Part shown: positions 54,780-64,000 of the stretch, piece after piece
How positions within the stretch are numbered: position 1 is the first letter of the stretch
Layout: each line of letters starts with the position of its first letter
Source: Macrostomum lignano
Taxonomy: Eukaryota
NCBI GenBank assembly: GCA_002269645.1
Contig: NIVC01002837.1
Span: 1-64,000, forward strand
DNA: 64,000 nucleotides
Reading direction: 5' to 3'
Made by a program: the position numbers and the translations under genes
Notes under the pieces: model-generated
Databases searched by the model: none
Told to the model about the DNA's origin: nothing
The model's input: only the letters and a program-made list of their open reading frames with translations

Positions 54780-55720
54780 ATGTGGAATGAAGTAGGGTGA
54801 GATGTGGATTGAGGAGTAGGGTGCGATTTAGATTTTTGAGTAGGGTGAGATGTGGATTTTTGTGTAGGGTGAGATGTGGATTGAGGAGTAGGGTGCGATT
54901 TAGATTTTTGAGTAGGGTTAGATGTGGATTTTTGAGTAGGGTGAGATGTGGATTTTTTAGTAGAGGGAGATGTGAATTTTTTAGTACGGTGATATGTGGA
55001 TTTTTCGAGTAGGGTGAGATGTGGATTTTTGTGTAGGGTGAGATGTGGATTTTTGTGTAGGGTGAGATGTGGATTTTTAGTAGAGGGAGATGTGAATTTT
55101 TGAGTACGGTGAGATGTGGATTTTGGAGTAGGGTGAGATGTGGATTTTTGAGTAGGGTGAGATGTGGATTTTTGAGTAGGGTGAGATGTGGATTTTTGAG
55201 TAGGGTGAGATGTGGATTTTTGAGTAGGGTGAGATGTGGATTTTTGAGTAGGGTGAGATGTGGATTTTTGAGTAGGGTGAGATGTGGATTTTTGAGTAGG
55301 GTGCGATTTGGATTTTTTAGTAGGGTGAGATGTGGATTTTTGAGTAGGGTGAGATGTGGATTTTTGAGTAGGGTGAGATGTGGATTTTTGAGTAGGGTGT
55401 GATGTGGATTTTTGAGTAGGGTGAGATGTGGATTTTCGAGTAGGGTGCGATTTGGATTTTTGAGTAGGGTGAGATGTGGATTTTTGAGTAGGGTGAGATG
55501 TGGATTTTTGAGTAGAGGGAGATGTGAATTTTTGAGTACGGTTAGATGTGGATTTTTCGAATAGGGTGAGATGTGGATCTTTCGAATAGGGTGAGATGTG
55601 GATTTTTGAGTAGGGTGAGATGTGGATTTTTGTGTAGGGTGAGATGTGGATTTTTGAGTAGGGTGAGATGTATTGAGTAGGGTGAGATGTAGATTTTGGA
55701 CTAGTGTGAGATGTGGATTG
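54780..55720. repeat. Minisatellite, 24-bp unit (GAGTAGGGTGAGATGTGGATTTTT)
   Basis: About 39 copies. Confidence 0.95.
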
Positions 55721-56319
55721 TGGAGTACATTGGGATGCAGATGAGATGCGAACTAATAATAGCACAGATATACGGTAATGCCATATTTTCAGAATAGGCC
55801 CATGGAGGTCACTTTCAGTAGCCATGCATAAAACCGTCTTTCCACAAAGCCCGCTAGCTGGTAGAAAAGCCACATTCCGCACCTGCAGCGTTCTACATCA
55901 GCGCAGTGAAATTTATATTATGTATTCAAAGCCGGGTTTACTGAGCTTCAATGCAATTTAGATAATGCGCATCAGGAAATGAGATATTTGATGGAAGCTG
56001 CATGGATTTCTCTCTCTGACAGAAATCTTTGACTGAGCACAGAGCCTCAGAGACTCGACTGAGCCCGCGGTCTCAACCGCCAACACTCCAGTGCCAGCAG
56101 AACCACTTGGCAATGAAAGTCGAAAATTTAATCCAAAGTCAACAAGCGGAGACAGTCGGGTGGCAGCCGCCCGAGCCGCCGTGTTTGCCCAAGGCGACTT
56201 CCGTCATTCGCTAATTGGTGCCGACTCGGAGCTCGAACTGAGTCAATACAATAAATGTATTGCCGAGCTGGGCTGCACTGGCGTTGCCATGGGACTGGGG
56301 CCCGTCTGCAGTGGGTAGT

Positions 56320-56658
56320 ATCTGCCTATCTGCCTATCTGTCTGCCCAACTATCTGCCTATCTATCTGCCTATCTATCTGCCCATCTATCTGCCCATCTA
56401 TCTGCCTATCTATCTGCCCATCTATCTGCCCATCTATCTGCCATTCTATCAACCCAACTATCTGCCCATCTATCTGCCTATCCATCTGCCATTCTATCAG
56501 CCCAACTATCTGCCTATCTATCTGCCCATCTATCTGCCCATCCTGCCTATCTATCAGCCCAACTATCTACCTATCTATCTGCCTATCTATCTGCCATTCT
56601 ATCAGCCCAACTATCTGCCTATCTATCTGCCTATCTATCTACCCATCTATCTGCCGAT

Positions 56659-56700
<42 letters not shown>

Positions 56701-56998
56701 GCCGATCTATCTGCCTATCTATTTATCTATCTACCTATCATCTGCCCATCTATCTGCCCATCTATCTGCCCATCTATCTGCCATTCTATCAACCCAACTA
56801 TCTGCCCATCTATCTGCCTATCCATCTGCCATTCTATCAGCCCAACTATCTGCCTATCTATCTGCCCATCTATCTGCCCATCCTGCCTATCTATCAGCCC
56901 AACTATCTACCTATCTATCTGCCTATCTATCTGCCATTCTATCAGCCCAACTATCTGCCTATCTATCTGCCTATCTATCTACCCATCTATCTGCCGAT

Positions 56999-57040
<42 letters not shown>

Positions 57041-57115
57041 GCCGATCTATCTGCCTATCTATTTATCTATCTACCCATCATCTGCCCATCTATCTGCCCA
57101 TCTATCTATCATATA
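56320..57115. repeat. Degenerate TCTA/TCTGCC array with an internal 340-bp duplication
   Basis: The variant AACCCAACTA recurs at 56451 and 56791. Confidence 0.9.
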
Positions 57116-57659
57116 TCCACCATTGTGGCATTTTTACCTGTTTATATGGCTATGTACATGTAAGCAGTTATGATATTTTTATTTTAAATAGAAATCCTGA
57201 CCCAATCAATTTCAAATGTTTGCAAGCATTTCGTCTGCATTGATTTATATTTATTCATCATATAAATCAAACATATCGCTTTGAAATGAACATTGATTTT
57301 CATACAACTTATAAGTTGACAGTAATATTGCATTATAAATACGCATTATTTAGCTAGAGGACTACAGTGCGATGCAGTGCAAATTGGTTATTTTGTACAC
57401 TTGCGTGAGAATCCTCGTTCTTCGCTTCGTTGCAGAACTGAAAATCTCTGATAAGTTTCTACAAAAATTACAATTATTATAAATTACACAATGTGCTTAA
57501 CATAACTGTTAGCTTTTTGATTTAGTTAATTTGTGAATACTTAAAATTGATATGACTTAGTAAGGTCTTTATAAAGGCGGACTAGATCTTTTTTTAGGGG
57601 TCGCCTCGGGATAAAACTGCTTGTGACTTGAGTCTTTCTCGATTTGGGTTTAAGTTTTT

Positions 57660-58012
57660 TTGAGTAGGATTCTGAGGTAGGGTTTTAGAGAGTATGGGTC
57701 CGGAGTAGGTTTAATAGTAGGTTCCTGGGTAGGTTAAAAATAGTAGGTATATTGGTAGGCTCAATAGTAGGTAGATTGGTAGGCTCAATAGTAGGTATAT
57801 TGGTAGGCTCAATAGTAGGTATATTGGTAGGCTCAATAGTAGGTAGATTGGTAGGCTCAATAGTAGGTTCCTGAGTAGGTTCAATAGTAGGTATTTTGGT
57901 AAGTTCAATAGTAGGTTCCTTGGTAGGTTCAAGGGTAGGTTCCTTGGTAGGTTCAAGGGTAGGTTCCTTGGTAGGTTCAAGGGTAGGTTCCTGGTTAGGT
58001 TTAGAGTAATTT
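57660..58012. repeat. Minisatellite, 24-bp unit (GGTAGGCTCAATAGTAGGTATATT-like)
   Basis: About 13 degenerate copies. Confidence 0.88.
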
Positions 58013-58123
58013 TTGGGTAGGGGGAAGATTGGGCTCTTCAATACTGATCGGTCAGGGGGTGCCGTTGTGCACACGCATTCGGTAGCATCCGCAGCGCAGC
58101 CAAGGTGCACATGCGTACACGCA

Positions 58124-58504
58124 TCACACGGCCGCGCCAGCACAGGGCACTGTGCCGTCCTCAGCCTCAGTCAGATCCGAGTACCTCCTATCGCCGGGTG
58201 CGCACTGGCCCTCCTCGTCGAGAGACGGCGGCGTATCGATGGAAGCTGCCGCGGCGGCACCGGCGGTGCCAGACGTCGCCACTGCGTCCGCGGCAGTGGC
58301 GCAGGTGCACACGCTCGGCGGCCTGCTGAGCTGCTGGTGCTGATGCTGCTGCAGGTACTGCTGATGATGGCTGGGCGACAGCGGATGCTGCTGCGGCTGC
58401 AGGCTGTGATAAGCCACGTAGCTGTACCTGCCGCCTCCGCCAAGGCTGCTGTGGCCCGGGCTGGCGGCATGATGAAGCAGCGACTGCTGCGAGTACTGGT
58501 AGCT

Positions 58505-58543
<39 letters not shown>

Positions 58544-58723
58544 CCGCTGACGATGAAGCCTCGCAGCTTCCGCCGCAGCGATGGGCGACTCCTCGGGGAA
58601 GTGCTTGGCGATCTGGACGGGGAAGGCCACCGTGACTGCGCAGAGGAAACCGCCGGCGCAGGTGAGCACGTAGGCCCAGCCCAGGTGGCAGTGGCCTGGA
58701 ACAGGGTGACGGCTTGTGGTGAG
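58124..58723 (-). CDS. Terminal exon of an LHFPL/LHFP-family tetraspan protein with a long Q/H/A-rich tail
   Basis: Acceptor TCCACAG then LTTSRHPVPGHCHLGWAYVLTCAGGFLCAVTVAFP, which matches the LHFPL C-x-LGWAY + TM4 signature; stop TGA at 58124. Upstream exons could not be placed with confidence. Confidence 0.6.
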
Positions 58724-58734
58724 CTGTGGATTCT

Positions 58735-59095
58735 GGGATTTGAGATTAGGGATCTAGGATCTGGAATCTAGGATCTAGGATCTGGGATCTAGAATCTGGG
58801 ATCTAGGATCTGGAATCTAGGATCTAGGATCTGGGATCTAGGATCTGGGATCTAGGATCTGGGATCTAGGATCTGGGATCTAGGATCTAGGATCTGGGAT
58901 CTAGGATCTAGGATCTAGGATCTGGGATCTAGGATCTAGGATCTGGGATCTAGGATCTGGGATCTGGGATCTAGGATCTACGATCTGGGATTTGGGGTCT
59001 AGGATTTGGGATTTGCGATCTAGGATTTGCGATTTGCGATTTGCGATTTGCGATCTAGGATTTGCGATTTGCGATCTGGGACTGGGAGCTATGAA
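58735..59095. repeat. Heptamer array GGATCTA/GGATCTG grading into GATTTGC
   Basis: Direct copies immediately upstream (on the - strand) of the LHFPL-like acceptor. Confidence 0.92.
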
Positions 59096-59984
59096 CCATC
59101 TAGGATTTGGGATTTTGGAGCAGGAGCCTGCCATTTAGGATCTGAGATCCGGGATTTTGGATATGAATTTTATGATCTTGAATTATGGGATCTGAGATCT
59201 GAAATTAGCAGTTGATGAAAAAGCCTTAGAAGGCGTACAAATTTCATAAGATATTTTTAATTAACGCTAGTTCCACCTGCCTAAATTCGTCTTACTAACC
59301 GGGCCCAGATTAATGGCAAATGCACTTTTTTCTATCGCAGCACACCTGTAAAAAAAGCTCATTATTTTCACTGGGACTCTGAGGATTATGGATAAATAGA
59401 TGGAGGAAATTATGAAGCAAAACCAGCTCAGGCCAAGGCAACGTGTGCAGCGAGCGGAGCAGCTCCTAATGAGACTGCTAATTTCTTCTGGTCGCTGAGC
59501 AAAAGAAAATTCGGTCTCTAAGGAGACGCTAAGAGAGAGGCGTGTACTCTATGCTTCCTGGAAAGCAGGGGAGGTTTATCCCTAGCGGAGCGCCTCAGCT
59601 GCAAAGTAGCCAGTGTGCAGTCCAGCAACGCTAAAGTGGCTTCGCTTCTGCAACTGAGATTGCTGCTTCTGCTGCTCCAGAAATCAATGACTTGCTTGAG
59701 AAGCGGGCCGGATCGATTCCGTGAGATTGGCGACGCTCCGCCTCCGCCAGTCGCGCGGAGCAGCGCTCAGGATGAGGGGGGGGGTCGATATAAAGTCGAA
59801 GAATGAGAGTCGGGAAAAATTTGAAGCTGAGCATAGCTGAAGAAGAGCAGGACAAGACAGTAGCAGTGATGTTGCTAAGCGAGAGCTTGCTTCTAAAGGT
59901 GTATCGGGCCTCACGATATCCCTCTACAGAAAGTTGAATAAGTTAAGCTAAATAAGCACAATACTTAAATGCCAAGATTCAAAC

Positions 59985-60485
59985 TCCAAACATCCCGAAT
60001 CCCTAAAAGATCCTGAATTTCGAAAACATCCCGAATCCCGAAAAGATCCCAAATTTGAAAGACTATAAACACCGAAAAATCTCGAATCCCGAATTTCGAA
60101 AAAATCCCAAATCCCGAATTGATCCCAACTCCCAAAAAGATCTCAAATCCAGAAAAAATCCCTAATCCCGGAAAGATCCCAAATCCAGAAAAGATCTTAA
60201 ATCCAGTAAAAAATCCAAAATTCCGGGAAAGATCCCAAATCCCGGAAAGATACTAAATCTCGAAAGGATCCCGAATCCAGAAAACATTTCAAATCCAGAA
60301 AAATCCCAAATCCAGAAAAGATCCTAAATCCCAAAAAGATCCCAAATCTCGAAAAGATCCCGAATCCCGAAAAGATCCTAAATCCATAAAAAAAGATCCC
60401 AGATCCCAAAAAGATCCCAAATCCCGAAAAGATCCTAAATCCATAAAAGATCCCAAATCGCGAAAAGATCCTAAACTCCGAAAAT
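59985..60485. repeat. Degenerate ~18-bp array (AAAGATCCCAAATCCCGA)
   Basis: Many imperfect copies. Confidence 0.85.
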
Positions 60486-61244
60486 TCTCAAACGCAATGA
60501 TCATCAAAAAACCGAGAACATCATAGACTACAACTGAGGAAAAGCTTCTAAAAACAAGGAGACGATTTTCCGCTAATCCAGCCGAATGAGTCACTGGCAG
60601 TTCAGAATTCCCATAATTGCAGGATAACGAGTTCTGGCAACGCGAGGGTCTCGCGGATTCCTCAGAGACAGGCCGTGCTGAGGTACAACAGGCAGCTGGG
60701 CAATTTTACAGCTTAATGACAGAAACGCCGAGAGCCCCCGCCGATGACGCGGGGTCAGCCACAGATTAGCACTTATCAGCTGTGGAATTCCAACAGATTT
60801 GACCCCCCCCCCGCTCTGATTTCCAAGCAGACGGCCTTTGTCGGCGAAGAGGTTAATCACAATGCTTCTACCCCATGTCTTTCTTGCTTTTTGTTTTAGT
60901 GGATTCTAGGAGTTTGTTTCACCCTGTTCTGACCAATATACCTTTCATATCTAAACATATTTCATGGGGTATTATAACGTTCATTTGCAGTATCCGACAA
61001 GATATGATTGGCATTTGCAGCGATGCCCGCATTCGCCAGGTTAGAGGGGAGGCGGAATTCTCGACCTGAACCCGCACGATGTTCAATAAGGAGATGCAAT
61101 AGGGCGAAATGCGCAGATAAGAGCGGCTTCAGAGTCCAGCAACTCTGTTATCTGCTGCACAGACTGCGGCTATGCGAAATCATTTTCTGGATTGGGGATT
61201 GGCATGTAGTTGCTTAGGTCTGCCTGGTCTGGGCTTGCTTAGAT

Positions 61245-61812
61245 AGACGGGCAGACAGACAGACAGACAGACAGACAGACGCTAATACAGACGCTAGGAC
61301 AGACACTAAGACAGACGCTAAGACAAACAATAAGGCAGACACTAAGACAGACACAAAGACCGACACAAAGACCGACACAAAGACAGACACAAAGACAGAC
61401 AATAAGGCAGACATTAAGACAGACGCTAAGACAGACGTTAAGACAGACAATAAGACAGACACTAAGACAGACAATAAGGCAGACACTAAGACAGACACTG
61501 AGACAGACCCTGAGACAGACACTAAGAAAGACACAAAGACAGACAATAAGGCAGACACTAAGACAGACGCTAAGACAGACACAAAGACAGACACTATGAC
61601 AGACACAAAGACAGACACTAAGACAGACAATAAAGCAGACGCTAAGACAGACATTAAGACAGACGCTAGGACAGACACTAAGACAGACGCTAAGACAGAC
61701 ACTAAGACAGACACAAAGACAGACACTAAGACAAACATAAGGCAGACACTAAGACAGACACTAAGACAGACAATAAGGCAGACACTAAGACAGACGCTAA
61801 GACAGACGCTCC
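61245..61812. repeat. 12-bp array (AGACAGACACTA)
   Basis: Imperfect copies. Confidence 0.9.
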
Positions 61813-62184
61813 AAGAAAACCGCAGACTCAGATTAATCAGTTTGTGGCGGCGCAGTAGCTGCAGATCAAAGCTGCCGAACACAGAGTAGCCACAATCTAA
61901 GCGGCATAGCCCAAACTCCAAACTCCGCATCTGCACGGCGCAAGCCAAACTGCGCAGCCAGCGCTCTGCAATCAAGCGCATGTATCCAAGTGTCCGTTGA
62001 AAAGCGAAGCCTCTGAATGGTGGATCAAAGCTTAGTCAAGTGAAACAGCACCAAACTCGCACTTTGACCCAGTTGCGGACCCCTGTGCACACCGCCGCAG
62101 TTTGAGGCCTGAGGTGTATTGTATTAGCCTCATTTATCGCACGCGAAGGCGTATTCAGCATGCCAGTGAAGTATGAGACAGACT

Positions 62185-64000
62185 AGGCCCATGGGCTAAG
62201 GTCTGCGATGCTTCACGCCTGCCCCTATCTTCAGCAGGTCAAGGCTGGTGGGAGGTCTACACCCTCTATTTGCCTCTGGCAGCCGCAGACCCCCCCCCAC
62301 GCTGTCTCGCAAGTCGACCCAGGGTACTCGTCCCCGCGTGTGTTCAAGGCAGTCCCTAGGGCTGCTGGACAGACTGGGCTCCGGCGCTGGCGACCCTATC
62401 CAGTGGCTTCGGCCGAATTTGGGTATGCGGGTCTGGCTCGCCAACCTGCAGGCCGTGGTACTGCTCAACGTACTCTCTAATGCCTAAGGTGTTGACCGTG
62501 CCGATGGGCTGGAAGGCCGGGGAGTAGTCCGGTCGCAAGCGGTCCCCCTCCTGGTGTCGGGCCAGCCTTGAGGGTGCTATTGGCCTACTGCCCGGTCAGG
62601 TGGAGCGGCCGGGTGGGTACCGCGCCCCTTTGAGGGTAGCCCACCAACCTTCTATCATGGCCTTCGAGCCGACTATGGATAAACAAGCTATTTCTAGGGA
62701 TGGGGACCCTTCTAAACCCCAACCTCAGTCCGAAGGACCGGCCGGCCCTGCTGGCAGATCCCAACCGACTGATTCAACTGTGGCAAAGGAAGGACCGGCT
62801 GGCTCTGCTGGCAGATCCGACCAGAGCTACCAAACTCAAAATACCCTAAGACCTGCCAGCTCCGCTGGTGGATCTAAGGGAACCGCGAGCTCTGAGCCTA
62901 AAGGACCGGCCAAATCTGGCAGATCTGATGAAGCTCAGCGGGCTCGGCTTGAGCGCAAACGCGCTAAACAACGCGCCAAAAGGCAGGCCAAGAAGGGAGC
63001 TGCGGGGGCCAAAGCGGCGGCGTCCACCATGGATGCTGAAGCGACTGGAGTCCCAAGGCAACCAGGCGGGCCGGCCGGTGGAAGCTCCAGTAGTTCAGCG
63101 GCGGCGCTCCCTGGAGCTGCTGCCGCGGCTGCTGAGGCCGAAACCACGGCGCAACAAATGGCCACTGCCAACAAGGAGGTTCCTTCGGGAGCTACCTTTG
63201 CGGCGAAGGCCAAGGCCAAAATCCCGGGAGTGATCATCCAAGGTCGCGACCAGGACTGGACCACTGATCAGCTTCAAAAAGTGTGGAGTGCTGTTGACTC
63301 CTATCTGATTGAGCTGACTGTCGAGGAGGGAATCTCCATCGGCGTTGAGCGGATGGTGCTGCGAAGCACATTCGTTCTTATTGCTCCTAGCAGCGAGGAG
63401 GACGCTCGGCGGCTGCTCCAGCGGCTACCGACGGTCTCCTTGGATGCTGACCTTGGCGGAGCTCTTTTTCTTCGCGAGGGCCAGCGTCCAAAGACGATAC
63501 CCTATGTGGTTTTCGTCCCTGCTAAGAGCACCGCAGCTGGACCAGACGTTATTCGCCGGGTCCTACTGCGTCTGAACCCCGACCTCCCTGCTAGTGGACT
63601 GGTGTATCACCGTAAAGTCCGCAGGGGGGAGACGGGCAACTCAATTGTCCTCGGCCTTTCCAGCACTTGGGCGAGTCGGTACCCTAATGGATCCTCTTTC
63701 CAGCTGGGTGCCCTCAAGCTCAAGTTGCGCCGAGGAAAGTCTGCCAAAGGGAAGGCTACTGCCAACCCCGGCATCTCCGGCAAGAGCGGGGCGCAGTCTA
63801 AGGCCCAAGGAAAGGCGCAAGCCGATCCCAAAGCCAAAGCTGCATCTCGCCCCTCTGCTAGCAGCAGTTCGGCGACCGCGGTAACGGCTCCGGCCGAGCC
63901 CCGGGAACCAAACCTGCCAGTCGGAGAAGGAGTTGAGGACGAGGCCGGGTCTTCGGAATCCGAGCTCTCCTCGGCCACCTTGGTGGGGTCTGAAGGTAAA
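62185..64000 (+). mobile_element. 5' part of a second non-LTR retrotransposon (GC-rich 5' UTR plus ORF1)
   Basis: Abrupt shift to GC-rich sequence near 62185, several stem-loops (e.g. CCCGGTC..GGCCGGG ~62591-62613 and GGTGGG..CCCACC ~62612-62645), then ORF1. The 5' boundary is approximate. Confidence 0.6.
62657..64000 (+). CDS. ORF1 (gag-like) of a non-LTR retrotransposon, LOA-like, open to the window end (448 codons)
   Basis: I translated ATG 62657 to base 64000 without a stop; the ORF track omits it because it has no stop. It has an Ala/Gly/Ser-rich N-terminus, a basic stretch (RLERKRAKQRAKRQAKK), and a folded core ending RRVLLRLNPDLPASGLVYHRKV..NSIVLGL..FQLGALKLKL that resembles DUF4780-type ORF1 domains of LOA elements. 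Confidence 0.7.
   Translation, partial: MAFEPTMDKQAISRDGDPSKPQPQSEGPAGPAGRSQPTDSTVAKEGPAGSAGRSDQSYQTQNTLRPASSAGGSKGTASSEPKGPAKSGRSDEAQRARLERKRAKQRAKRQAKKGAAGAKAAASTMDAEATGVPRQPGGPAGGSSSSSAAALPGAAAAAAEAETTAQQMATANKEVPSGATFAAKAKAKIPGVIIQGRDQDWTTDQLQKVWSAVDSYLIELTVEEGISIGVERMVLRSTFVLIAPSSEEDARRLLQRLPTVSLDADLGGALFLREGQRPKTIPYVVFVPAKSTAAGPDVIRRVLLRLNPDLPASGLVYHRKVRRGETGNSIVLGLSSTWASRYPNGSSFQLGALKLKLRRGKSAKGKATANPGISGKSGAQSKAQGKAQADPKAKAASRPSASSSSATAVTAPAEPREPNLPVGEGVEDEAGSSESELSSATLVGSEGK

Noticed and set aside
61860-61981. FGLCRLDCGYSVFGSF as an upstream LHFPL exon
   Set aside because: Only a faint resemblance to the LHFPL extracellular loop, and no convincing splice path to 58723.
62185-62656. 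HDV-like ribozyme in the retroelement 5' UTR (known from several non-LTR clades)
   Set aside because: A manual scan found partial pieces (GGCTTCGGCCGAAT, TCCCCGC) but no consistent P1/P2/P3/P1.1 nested double pseudoknot. An RNArobo or Infernal search would be decisive.
62925-62960. Hammerhead-like CTGATGA-A-GCTCA..TGAGC inside ORF1
   Set aside because: It is followed by GCAAA rather than GAAA, has no stem I/III, and lies in coding sequence.

Overview
This is eukaryotic (metazoan) genomic DNA: intron-rich genes with GT-AG introns, many of them filled by a private minisatellite. That style is compatible with a repeat-rich invertebrate such as a free-living flatworm (inference only). In order along the window: (1) a 15+ exon cyclic nucleotide-gated channel beta-type subunit gene (+, ~0.4-9.4 kb); (2) three intronless, signal-peptide-bearing paralogs resembling the SE-cephalotoxin/rapunzel N-terminal helical domain, arranged <- -> <- (10.1-15.5 kb), the middle copy being a mosaic of the other two; (3) a 5'-truncated LOA-like non-LTR retrotransposon (APE-RT-RNase H-CCHC) with an 8-bp TSD, TAAG tail and one frameshift (-, 16.1-19.8 kb); (4) a complete 7-exon ERCC8/CSA gene (+, 20.6-30.3 kb) whose last intron holds a Penelope-type minimal hammerhead ribozyme motif; (5) an intronless class A GPCR (+, 33.6-34.9 kb); (6) about 9 kb of successive satellites; (7) a 9-exon PAP2/PLPP-family gene lacking both catalytic histidines (+, 44.4-50.7 kb); (8) the last exon of an LHFPL-like tetraspan gene (-, 58.1-58.7 kb); (9) the 5' UTR and ORF1 of a second LOA-like element running off the right edge (+, ORF from 62657, absent from the supplied ORF track). 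Most long ORFs in the supplied track are translations of tandem repeats or antisense shadows. All family assignments are from motif recognition by eye, without database searches.
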